DNA of 64,000 nt from the human T2T-CHM13v2.0 reference genome, Homo sapiens. The stretch lies in NCBI RefSeq assembly GCF_009914755.1, contig NC_060934.1. One strand, written 5' to 3'. Made by a program: the position numbers and the translations under genes. This document shows positions 30,000-42,420 of the stretch, piece after piece (positions within the stretch are counted from its first letter, which is position 1; each line of letters opens with the position of its first letter). The notes below the pieces were generated by a model. The model had not been told where the DNA came from. It saw only the letters and a list, made by a program, of their open reading frames with translations, and searched no databases.

Positions 30000-30285
30000 T
30001 CACAAGGACTTTCCCTTCAGGGAACTCCTGTTACACTCAGTACTGAATAGTGTAAGAGTATTTTTGTTTTCCATTAGAATTTTGCTAGTGGAACTTTGAT
30101 TGGCAATAGGAAGTGGCTGGAATAACATAGGGATTTTGGTCTGCATTGCTATCTAACTGCCTGGGTTCCCTGTGACATGTCTCTCAGGTGTCAGGTATCT
30201 CTAGCTCTCAGGTATCTCTAGCTCAGCAACTTTCCCACCCTCATCAACCTTCCCATCCTCAATCCACCCAACCCCACTCTCCCAC
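30000..30285 (+). repeat. Local dispersed direct repeat, copy 1
   Basis: Colinear with 31366-31638, roughly 80% identical by eye, with a 32-bp identical block (30059-30090 = 31425-31456). Confidence 0.93.
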
Positions 30286-31365
30286 ATTAAAATCAAAGAA
30301 CTTCTACTGTAAAGTCCCTGGTTAAACAATCATCTTCAGGTACTGTCAAAGTAAGATAACTAAACCAGGCTCCCTCGTTGGTACCAATCAGATTGGGTAG
30401 GAACTGGTATGGACATCAAACAGAATTGGCACATAACCAGGTACAGTTGCATGCAGGCCAGCATGAAAGTATCAGAATATTTGGTTAATTGAATTAAAAG
30501 AACCATTGAGTTATTCTGACATTGTGAAAACATAGTCAAAATTCAGCTCTTTACAATGCTTTTGCATCATTGGAGTTGAGTGCATCAGGGAGACTGATAA
30601 ATCATACATGGCTCATAAAGACTAAGAGCAAATCATAAAATAATAGAGCTGGAAGGGAACTGAAAGATGACCCGGTCTGGGTTTTATTTTGCAAATGAAA
30701 CAACCAGAGCCTGCAGAGGCCTAGTGACCAAGGTCATACAGCTCGTTAGTGGCTGAGAATCACAATGTCCTAACTTCTGGCTGAGGGTTTTTTTCTATGA
30801 TGCCTCCCCTGAGACTAAAATAAATCCCCATTACTAAAAAAGCAAAATCATCTTGTTCTTTTCTTTTCTCTTAAAAAAATGTCCTCATCTTCTCGTTGAA
30901 GGACAAGAAAAAGTCACTAAAATAAAGTGTGTAAACAAAGATGCTGACTCATGGATCGAAAAGAAACCTTAATAATTTGGTGATCCCAGTAAATGTTCAT
31001 GCATGCGTTCATTCATTCTGAAAGCACTGTGGAATGAGCTTTCTCCTCATATCCAGAGAGAGCATGAGATGCTCTTGGGAGATAGGCAGTGCCATTTTAG
31101 TGAGATGACACTGAAAAGAGCTTGCTGTTTGGCTGCCATGACCTCCCTCACTTGTCTTCACTTGCCCCATCTAATCTCTTTCATTTTCTCAAATTGAACT
31201 GTTCACCCCAGGAGGCCAGGCTCAGTCTCCCTTTTCACCATTCCTCCTGCCGTGCTCTTACCTGGTATGCCTTCCTACTTCTCTTTGGCTCTCCAAATTC
31301 TATCATTCAAAGACGTAGCTCAAGAGTCTTTGCCTTGTTCTTCAAGACTTATCTCTCTTCTTGGG

Positions 31366-31638
31366 TCACAAGGACTTTCCTTTTGATGAATTCCAGTTAT
31401 ACTCGGTACTGAATAGTGTAAGCATATTTTTGTTTTCCATTAGAATTTTGCTAGTGCAGGTTTGGTGGACAATAGGATGTGTCCACCTATTGGCTGAAAG
31501 AGCATAGGGATTTTAGCCTGCATGGCTATAAAACTGCCTGGGTTCCCCATGACATGTCTTACAGGTATTTCTAGCTCAGCAACTTTCTCACCATCAGCAA
31601 CTTTCCCATCCTCAATCCACCCAACCCCAACTCCCCAC
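31366..31638 (+). repeat. Local dispersed direct repeat, copy 2
   Basis: Colinear with 30000-30285. Confidence 0.93.
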
Positions 31639-32092
31639 CCCCTGTCAAAGCTATTCCTCTTCCATTGTTCCTTATCTCACTAAATTATGTGCCACCATCT
31701 AGCCAGAAACTGGTGGTCATCTTTTACCATTATTTCTCCCTTACATCTTAATAACCATAAAGTATAATTTTCCTTTCTAAATATCCCCAGCATCTTCCCA
31801 GTTCTGTTTACCACTACTCTTACTACCATTCTCAGGGCTGTCACTCCTTCTTCCCTAGATTATTATAATAATTTCCAAACTCCAACCTTGCCCTCTTCAA
31901 TCTTTGCCCCATTCTGCAATCAGAATAATGTTTTGAAAATTCTCATACTGTCAAAAAGTATACTTCCCTTGATACTCTTACTTTCCTGCTTAAACCTTTT
32001 GGCTCTCAGGATAAAGTTTCAGCTCATTCAAATCCCTTTCACAATCAAGACTTTCTCCAGCCCTTTAGTCCCATCTCTTCCTACTTTCCCGC

Positions 32093-32621
32093 TATACTAG
32101 TCAGGGTTTTCCAGAGAAGCAGAACCAATAGGATATACGTAGAGAGAGAGAGATTTAAGTAGACATTATGGAAATTAGCTCATGCAATTATGAAGTCCAA
32201 GAAGTTCCACAATCTACCCTTTGCAAACTGGAGAGCCAGGAAAACCAGTGATGGCTTTCAGTCCAAGTTCCAACACCTGAGCACCAGAGGAACTGATGGT
32301 CTAACTCCTAGTTTGAGGTTGAAGACTTGAGAACTGGGGCAAAGTTCCTGAGAACTGGTTGGGGGAATGTTGATGCTGTTGCAAGACCCAGAGTCTGAAG
32401 GCTCAAGAACCAGGGGCTCTGATGTCTGAGAATGGGAGCAGATGGATGTCTTAGATCAAGAAAAGAGAGAGAGAATTCATGCTTCCTCCAACTTTTTTGT
32501 TGTATTTGAAACTTCAATGGATTGAATGATGCTCACTGGCATTGATGAGGGTAGATCTTCTTTACTCAGATTCAAATGCCAATCTTTTCTAAAAATAGCC
32601 TCACAGACACACCCAGAAGTA

Positions 32622-32670
<49 letters not shown>

Positions 32671-32736
32671 GTTTTTACCCAGCTATCTGGGCATCCCTTA
32701 GCCCAGTCAAGATGACACATAAAATTCCCCATTACC
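32093..32736 (-). mobile_element. MLT2 (ERVL) solo LTR containing (GT)22 at 32624-32667
   Basis: tagtcagggttttccagagaagcagaaccaataggat...ccagtcaagatgacacataaaatt are MLT2 termini. Confidence 0.88.
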
Positions 32737-32967
32737 CCTAACTTGAACTTCATCTCCAGCCAGATTGAACTGCTTGCACAGTGCACCAGACTTTCTATTG
32801 CTGTTAGAGCTTTGCACATGCTGGTTCCTCTGCCTGAAGTGCCTTTCTTCCAATGACTGTTCACTTTTAGTTTTTGAGGACTTAGCTTAGACATTATCTT
32901 CTTTAGGAAATTTCTTTGACTCAAGTGTTACTCCTGTGTGTTTTCATAGTATCCTGAGCTTATCTCT

Positions 32968-33423
32968 TTTTATGCATTAAATTGTGTCCCCCTAAATGAT
33001 ATGTTGAAGTTCTAACCCCTAATACTTATGAATATGACCTTATTTGGAAACAGGTATTTGCAGATATAGTAAGTTAAGATGCAGTCATTAGGGTGGGCCC
33101 TAATCCAATAAGACTGGTGTCCTTATAAGAGAAAGATGCCATGTGAAGGTTAAGACACACAGGGTGAATTCTATGTGATGACAGAGGTAGATATTGGAGT
33201 GATGTAGCTCAAGACCAGGAATCTCAAGGATTGACAGACACCACTAGAAGCTAGGAAGAGGCACAGAAAGATTCCACCCAGAGTCTCAGAGGGAAACATG
33301 GCCCTGCCGACACCTTGATTTCTGACTGCTAACTTTCAAAACTGTGAGATAATAAATATCTCTGTTGTTTTAAATCACCTCATTTGTGATACTTTTTTAG
33401 AGCAGCTCTAGGAAACCCATATA
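32968..33423 (+). mobile_element. MLT1B/C-like MaLR solo LTR
   Basis: aattgtgtccccc...gaccttatttggaaa...ggccctgccgacaccttgattt...aataaa. Confidence 0.88.
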
Positions 33424-35380
33424 TTCCTACTGTGGTACTTATCACACTATATTGTATTGGCTTGACAGTTTTGCTTATCTTCTTTTTTTCTCTTGAAAGG
33501 TTGTATTGAGTCTTAGACAACTTTGAAATCTAGTGCACTTCTCAGTCCCTAGGAAATAGTAGTTGTTCAATAACTAGTGGATGAATGATAAACACAGTGT
33601 TATAAAATGAACTAAAATATTATAATATCTCTAGTAAGGTACCTGACAAAGAGAAGTACTTGGCGAATGTCAGTTGCTTTCCCTTCTGCACCCTAATAGG
33701 TTAAAATCTTCTCAGGGGCAAGGACTCAGCCTTCTTCTCCCTCGTGTCCATTCTCAGTGCCTGGCACAATGTAATAGAAACCATAGGGGTTCCCCAACCA
33801 TGCATATGCTCCTTCACATTCTTCAGCTTTCCTGGCACTTAGGGTTAGGGTCATGTATTGGAATCTGCTCAATATGCTATGTATAAAAGTGATATTAGCC
33901 AAATCCATCCTGTTAACACTCTGGGTTTTTTTTCCCCATGCCATGGTAACCTTGGGGTCCCCATATCCCAGACTGAATAGCACAAGATGAGGGACAGTGT
34001 CCTGACCTGCATAGGACTCACATGACTGAAAAGTAAACCTTTACTGTCTTAGCAACTATGCTTTAGGGGGTTACTTATGACCATGGCAGAGCCTAACCTA
34101 TCTTGACTAATATACAAAACAATGTGAACACATGGGAGGTGCGGAGAAGTGCTTGTTGGTTGACTAATTAAATCATCATAACAAATAGGATATCAGAGAG
34201 TCCTGACTGAATAAAGACTATTTGAGAAATACAGGCCTCACTATGTTTCCTCTTGGCATGCTTGGCTAGTTTTCAAAAAGTGTCTGGGGCTTGAATGTTT
34301 TGATTGAGAAGAAGTTGCCCAGCCAAGACAGCTGCCTTGGTGAGGATGTCTCACCAAGACACTGAGGACTTGTCCATGTGCCTGGGCTTTAAAGGAAATT
34401 TGTTCAGTGGGACCACGCCTAAATGAATGCCACCAGCTTTGCCTTCCTCGTCTCTCTGCAGGTGAAAGGGCTATACTATTTATATTACATTTTTGTACAA
34501 ATTGATTGTTATGCTGCAGCTCTTGTCATAAAGTTAATCAGGATAGTTAATTAGGACATTAAAATCTAAGCTAGAGTAATTAGCTGGAAATAAAGTAAAT
34601 GTCTAGTAAGCTAGAAAACAGAGCATCACCAATAAAAGACACAAATTGAACAGCCATTCTCTAATAATGCAATTAAAATTTCATAATGCAAACAGAATAG
34701 CCACTTGTTACAAAAATGTGAATCTAAAGCTTTATTTGCACAGAGACATAAGCCCCCAGAACATCTGGGCAAAAGTGCTGGTGTGTAATTGGTGAATTGG
34801 ATCCACATGACTTGACTGTGCATCCCATGTACCTGTGATAATACAGACTTGTTGACCACAGCGGTTTATTAATGCCAAGAAGGAAAAAGTCACCATCATT
34901 TGTTTATAATGATTGTCATAATGGGCAAGTGTGAGTACATACTGCTAAGAGTTCTCACTCTTAGTGAGAATTAGGACAGTAATAATGTTCATCAGTCCAG
35001 CTGCTTCTGTCTAGTTCATTCTCTCCACATGCATAGATGACAATTCTGTACCTTTTCCTCTCTTTCTAACCTCCAGCACTTCCTTCCCAACCTCTTGCTC
35101 AGCTAATGACAATGCTTCTTATTTCACTGAAGAAACAAAGGCAATGGCAGGAGAATGTTCCCACGCTCCCAATACCATACTTATCCACCTGTCAGCATCT
35201 GTTCCCATTTACTCTACCTTCTTTTCTATTACTATTGAAGAAATGTCTGAGATCCTATACCTGAGCAATAGATTCCAGCCCCTCTTACCACTCAAGGCAT
35301 TGTCCCAGGAATCCTTCCCCCTGTCTCCTACATCAATAGTTTGTTTCTTCTCTGCTGGATTGTTCTTACTAATGTACAAG

Positions 35381-35846
35381 TGTCAAGAACTGCGAAGGGT
35401 CTGAGGTTTCACCCTACTTGCAGGCCACAAGTTAGCCTGCCACAGTTTCATGGTTGCTGGGAAAAGCCATAAGCCTCTTGGGTCATTGACAAAGGACTTA
35501 ATTGCTGACAGCAACAAGAGTAGCCAGAGGATCAGCATTTTATTGTGCTGGTTACCTGAGCCCCAATTCCCACAGGGTGATGCAAAAAGGGCCAGGTGGT
35601 ACTTACACACATAGTGAGCTGCATTGTGAGAGAGGAACCCTGAACTTGGGGAACCTGAATTATTTATTAACCTGGTCAGTAAACATGACGGCCTTTTGAT
35701 CTGGAGAGAGAGGCCCTCTCTGTCTTCAAAGTTGTTCACTGTACAAATATCCTTGAAAAGGAATTCTAGGACCAAAGCAAAATCAATGTCTTTTATCATA
35801 AGACATGCAGAAATGCAAGAGACTCATGGAAAATTGCCTTGTGACA
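35381..35846 (-). mobile_element. LTR40-like ERVL solo LTR
   Basis: TG...CA termini with perfect 5-bp TSD acaag (35376-35380, 35847-35851). tgtcaagaactgcgaagggtctgag matches the recalled LTR40 end. Confidence 0.82.
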
Positions 35847-37230
35847 ACAAGTATGCTGTAATTTTTCCCAGCATTAATGAAAACCTCTTTCCTGACCCTC
35901 AAATTTATCTCCTCTTGTTCTCTCTTGAATACACTACAATTAAGTTTTCATCCTTAGGCTGCTTTGTCAAGATCACCACTAATCTTTGTGTTGCTAAATC
36001 CAAAGCTCAGTTCTCTTTTCATATTTCTTGACTCCACTGCAGAATTTGATACAGTTGATCACTTCCTCCTCCTTGAAACACTTTCTTCCCTGAGCTTCTA
36101 GGGCAATCTTACTTTCCTGTTTTTGTCTTCTACTTCATCTACTGCTCCTTCTCAGTTTTCTTAGCTGTTTTTTCTTCATCTTCCATCATGTTGTAGCACT
36201 TCCAAGGTCAGAACTAGAGCCTCTTCTTTCTTCTGGCTGCCATATCAATATATGGATATCTGTCTCCAGGATATATACTTAGGATTATATCCTGAATATA
36301 TTATATCCTTGGATATCCAGGATTATGGCTATAAAGCCATCAATGGAACGATGATGCTTCAGTCCAGACCTGTCCTCTGAAATTTGAACTACTACTGAAT
36401 TTGTCTAGTCTGTGTCTCTTCTTGAGCATCTCTTGGATATCTCAAATGTGCAACACAGAACTCCTGATTATACCACCCATAAACCTGTACTTTTCCAAGC
36501 TTGCCTGACTTATCAAATAACAATTCCATTTTTTCAGTTGCATAGGCCAAAATCCTTGGCATCATTTTTGCTTCTTCTGTATCTTTTATATTTCACATTT
36601 CCTCAGCAGCAAATCCTGTTGGCTCTACCTTCAAATTATATCCTGAATTTAATCATTCCTCACCACCTCCGCTGCTATCGAAGTGACCACCCAGGACTAA
36701 GCCACCATCATCTCTCCCCTGGATTATTGTTAAGCCTCCTAAATGGGTTACCTTCTACTACTCTGGTTCCCTTTTAGTCTATGCTCAACACAGAAAATAC
36801 TGTTAAAACGTTAAGTTAGTTTATGTCACTTTCCCTACTTGAAACTCTTCAGTAGCTTTCCACTACATTCAAAGAAAAGTCACAGTCTTTACAGAATCTT
36901 TTGCTCCTTGTTCAGGCTTTGATATCAGCTTTTACTACTTTCCCCTTTGCTTGCCCCATGCCAACTCCTCTAATCTCCTTCCGTTCTCATCCCCAAACAT
37001 GTTCCTGCCTTACGGCCTTGTACTTGCTCTTTTCTCTGTTTACTATACTTTCCCCCCAAGAGAGACTCATGGATTCTTCCCTCACCTTTTTTACATCTTT
37101 GCTCAAATGTCACTTGAACATCAAATTGTAAAGTGGAGGTTCACCCCCACCCTGGACATTCCCTGTATACCTTGGAACCTATTTTTTCATCCATAACATT
37201 AACTAAAATCCAATCTAATATTAATATATA

Positions 37231-37848
37231 CAGTCAATTCTCACTATTCACTGTGGTTATGTCACTGCAAACAATGAATCAGTGAATACTGAACCATCAC
37301 GCTTTATACAGGTCTCTGGTCACAATGTTTTTGTCAACCAAACAATACATAACCTTGTTTTATGTATGTTTCTATTTAAAGGAACCTTACTTAATATATA
37401 TTGTTGATTCATTAATATTGAACTCATGGCCAATAGCACTACCACTCATGCCTGAAGGAAGCTTATCTAACACATGTATTTTCTCCGTAAGTGACGTTAC
37501 TGCCTTCCTGTACTAAGGAACACTAAACAGTACTTTAGCATGATGCTTGGGTGGGAACATTTTCCACAGAAAAATCATTAACACAAAAATGAAAGAAATG
37601 TGGGACTAAATGGACCAAGAAAATGATACTTACAGTATGAGGATAGAAACAGGAAGGCGGAACTTTGCCTTGTTTGACACCAGCTAGAGACATGTGTGTA
37701 AGGTAACTCAAGTTTTTCACTGCTCTGGCATGTTTTAAAATGACCACATGACCACAAAAATGCTGTATTTTAATCTGGGGTTACAAATAAATTTTAACAC
37801 TTAGATGAATTCACAAATATGGAGTCCATGAGTAATAAAAATTGACTG
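37231..37848 (-). mobile_element. MER82 (TcMar-Tigger) DNA transposon fossil
   Basis: TIRs cagtcaattctcactattc / gagtaataaaaattgactg, with TA at the left flank. The internal sequence matches MER82. Confidence 0.88.
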
Positions 37849-39396
37849 TGTTTATTACATATATTATTTATGTGCCTATATATGAAACTATTTTGCATTT
37901 ATTGTGAATTTCTTCCTGCTAAAATGTAAACTTTATGAGCCTGGGGATTTTTGTCTCTTTATCTCACTGATGTGCTCCCAGTGCCTAGAATAGTATCTGG
38001 CACATTCAATGTTGTCGAATAAATGAATGAAAGTTTCTTTCTCTCCAGGTTGGGAACTGCAGTGCTAATGAGGATTTTGAGGGCCAGGGATGTTGATGTT
38101 GGAGGCCAGAGCTCCAGGGGCACCAAAGCCATTAGAGTATGTAGAGCCAAATGTCCAGGAAATATGAGGTTCATATGCCAGAGAAGGAAGTCCAAATGGG
38201 TCACCAAACCCAAAGGAGGAGAAGCAAATCTGGAGGGCTAGGGATGGAGGCCAGGAGCAGAGCCCACAGAGGAATGCACTGAGCAGTGGGCTGAAAGACC
38301 AAATAGGAAAGCAGTCAGGCAAATCTCTGCAACTGCGGTTAATGTCTTTGGCTGGATATTTCATGATCATGATAGTGAGGTTTGTGAGAGAGCCAGCAAT
38401 ATGGAATATACCACTAGCTGTGAGCCGTTTGAAACCAGCACATGTGTCTGATCCATCTCTGTACCTCCAGCTTGTGGCAATGGCTGCCATATAGTAGGTA
38501 TTAAAAAATGTTTATTTCATTGAGAAACAGCTATTACCTATCACAGTGTTCTTGGGTCAGAGGGAAAAAGAGAGTGTTTGCGCACATCCTTGGTCTCGGG
38601 GGTCTTATAAAAGAAGGCCTCCATTCAGCTTGGACTTCATGTTGACCAGGGCCTTAACTGGGTGTCCTCTTCCCTGTTCTCACTTCCACTCTACCTCTCT
38701 GAGCCAGACATCTCCTCTATTTCTGTAGACCTGCTGTGTTCTGCAGTGGACTCATCAAGACAAAATGTTTACTGAAGTCAATCAACTCAGTTCTCCAGGA
38801 CACCAGTTCTTAATCTGGAATATATAAATTGGTCTCAAGTCTGTGAACCTTCTGAAATGAAAAGTGTGAAATATGTGTATGTGCCTGTGTGAAATTTTCT
38901 AGGGAGAAGATTCATAGATTTCACTAAGGGGCACTAATTCTTTAAAAAAATTTTGAGAACAATTCCTTAGAATGATTCTGATTGTGCCCACAAATAAGAA
39001 GTAAAATAAAATAACAGCACAGAACTCAATACAGTATTCCTAGGTGGTTGATTGCTCACTCATATAAAAAGGAATTCTAAAACTTCAGTGTGCGTGGAAA
39101 TCCCTTGGGGACCCTGACAGAAGCAGAGATTTCTGAGACCCTGAAATTATGATTCAGAGTCCAGGTTAGGGTCCTGGAACTGGCCTTTTAAGTAGGCTTC
39201 ACAGGAGATTCTGATGTATTCCCCAGAGCACACTTCTGATTGTCTAAGCTGTTGGCCAAGTAGAGACATGGCCGTCTTCCATTTTTGATCAGACCCTTTC
39301 AGGGCAGTGGGTCTGAACCTGGCTGGGCACAAGAATCATGCAGTGAGCTGGTGGTCAGTGGTGCTGATGGTAGTGGTTTTAAAATACAGATGTTCC

Positions 39397-39730
<334 letters not shown>

Positions 39731-42184
39731 TACAGATGTTCCAGGCCATACTTGAGAGACTGTTATTCACTAGAGCTGTGATGGGGATCTAAAGATCTAT
39801 ACTTTCAAACATCTCCCAAGGTTATTCTACACACAGCCATGATCAGAACCACTGCAGCAGAGACCAGGACCAAAAGCATCTGTGTTTAAACAGTTCCACA
39901 TAGTAGAGAATGCTTTCCTGTGGATCTGGTTCCAGAAACAAACTGGAAGTTTAATATTACAACCGAGCTTTGCTGAGAAAATATTTCTATTTTGTTAACC
40001 TTTGGACTTCTCTTTAAAAAGCAAGTAAGCAGGTAACAATTTAACACATAAATGTTTTACTTTCACAGAAGTCAGTGAAGGGAGACATAACCCATGAACT
40101 GAATTTCAAAATGGAATATTAACCAAGTAAAGGCCAAAGTGAGATTCATACGAGAACTTCCTATGGTATTATCCTAGCTCCAAGCAACAGTTTGATTAAT
40201 GAAAATGGCTCAGTTAAGGAGCTGAGCAAACTCCCAGAAGGAACAATGGTGCCAAGAACTCAAACTTTTTAGAACACTATGTTTTTCAAACACCAAATGA
40301 GAACACTTCAAATGCATTATTAATGCTCAAAATCACCTCCAGTTATAGATAATGAATTTTCAGTAATTACCGTTGAGTCTAATAATCTCAAAATTAGGAA
40401 GAGAAGCCAAATACTCAGTATCCAATCACAAAAACACAAACCACTATGTACCAATCATATAAAGGACCAACTTAAACCAAACCCCAAAAAAGGTTTTAGA
40501 AGTATTTTATGAGACATTCAATTCCATTGAACTGACAGTCATTCAGAGCTGATGTATTATGATTCAAGTGAAATAATGTATATAGAGCCCTTATAATGCT
40601 ACCCATTGCATAGTAAGTGTTTAGTAAGTTATCATCCTAACACCTTAAAAATCTGGAATTTTGTGGCAAGTCTGATGTGCATGAAACCGTCCATGTGATT
40701 TTGGAATGGGTTTTGTGACTGATGGTCTGGCCCCTACATATCATGATTAAAGTTCTCAGACCAAAGAGAAGTGAAGGCTGCCCTAGTCTACCCTAAAAAG
40801 ATGGATATTTTCTAAAGTATGGAAGAGTCAAGGAACATATTCTCCAACTTAGAACACAGCTCTAGTATAGTATAGATTAAAAAAAAAATCAAGTGGTTTT
40901 ACATTATTACTTCCAAGCCTCTTGGAAACTTGGTATGAAGTACCTGGATAGAGAAAAATATAAACCCTAGAAAGAAAGGCAAATGCCTGAGCACCCTGCA
41001 TTTGTCTCAAAGAGTGTAGCATTTGGAGGAAAATCCTCTTGGGAATTTTTCCAGGCTTCTTCATCTCTTACTCCTATTTTCCATTGAAGCCCTTCACTGT
41101 CTTGTTTCCTGCCATGGCTGGGATTTAGTGCTTAAGGTTCTTTCTTGCTTCCTTAATCCCTCATCAGCTAAGATCTTGCTATAGCCTTCCTCTGAGCTAC
41201 ACCACACTAGGCCTACTGAATCAGAATCACATTTTATGAAGATTTCCAAGCCATCTGTATGTATAATAAAGTTAGAGAAGCATGGCCTAAGACGTATAAT
41301 TTAGTTCCCTTTTGCTTCATGATTTCTGTGGAGAACCTTAAATTGCATATCAAGCAGTTTGTGGTTAATTCAGTAAACAATAGGGAGCCATGGAAAATTT
41401 TGAGCAGAAAAATGAAAAAACACATGCCTAAAATTTGTTAATCTTGATGACTAATGACAATCTTATTGCAGTAATGTTTCTAAATTACTTTGGCTTGTGA
41501 CAGAAGTTGAGTAGAAGCTGATATCAGATATTGATATTAGAGCAAATGTGATGCACCATTTTAAAAAAATTCACTGGCTTAGAATGTTATAATTGAGAAC
41601 GGAATACCTCGTTTTCTGTTCCAGTTAAGCCAACATTTACCCTCCAGCCAGAGGAAGTATCCTTGCGATAATATTTAATCATTTTCAACCACAACCTGAA
41701 GAGGTCATAATAGTTATTTTTTCTGATATGCTTGTGATTTAGCCTTATGAGTCATCCTTCTTAGCAAAACAGAAATTGGATCTGGAGCCATGGAATTGTA
41801 CAGAAATAGCTCATGTTCCAGCTTCCCAGATTTCTCACTCTGCTTTTGCCTTTTTTTTTTTTTTTTTTTGAAAAGCACTCTCCTAACTCTATGATTTCTG
41901 ACCCTAGAATCATCAAGTGTAGTTCCACACCACAGACACGTTGACCTTCTTCCAATGAACTGATTACCCAGTTCAGAAAACAAAAGCCAAATCATGCAAG
42001 AACACACACCAGTAGAAGGTTACAGGCAGCAATAGCACTTGAGAACAATACAAAACAAAAGGTAAAGATATAAAGCACTGGGAGACACAGGAGGATAAGG
42101 ACATTCTGAATGCAGTCAAAAGCTGGAACAGGAGAAGTGGTAATAACATAATTTTAGCAGAGCTAAAATTCTAAGCCTATCCAA

Positions 42185-42420
42185 CGTAAAATTAGCAGCT
42201 ATAATTTGTTGCTTACGTACCAGACACTTTATATACATATTTCCTAATTCCCCAACAACTCTGCAAGGTAGGCATCCTTATTTGCTCTTTGCAGACAAGT
42301 ATACTGAGATCCAGAGTTTACCTAACTCGCCCCAAATCACAGACTTATTAAGGGTAGAATCTGGGTATTGTCCCAGGTTTGACTGCCTCTGAAGTCAGTA
42401 CCTGTCCACTCCACCACAAG
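42185..42420 (-). mobile_element. MIR SINE
   Basis: cccaacaactctgcaaggtagg...actgagatccagag...cccaaatcacaga. Confidence 0.75.

Larger units (their letters stand above)
35040..38032 (+). mobile_element. Long L2 remnant interrupted by an LTR40-like LTR and MER82
   Basis: L2 blocks (tttgatacagttgatcacttcctcctccttgaaacactttcttccct) and the L2 3' tail gaataaatgaatgaa near 38030. Confidence 0.8.

Noticed and set aside
34336-34358. 9-bp hairpin cttggtgag/ctcaccaag as a pre-miRNA or terminator
   Set aside because: The stem is far too short for a pre-miRNA, and a few such stems are expected by chance.
38065-38490. 141-aa ORF in unassigned sequence (also 19162-19503 and 53314-53601)
   Set aside because: No recognisable domain or exon structure. 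Such lengths arise by chance in six frames of 64 kb.
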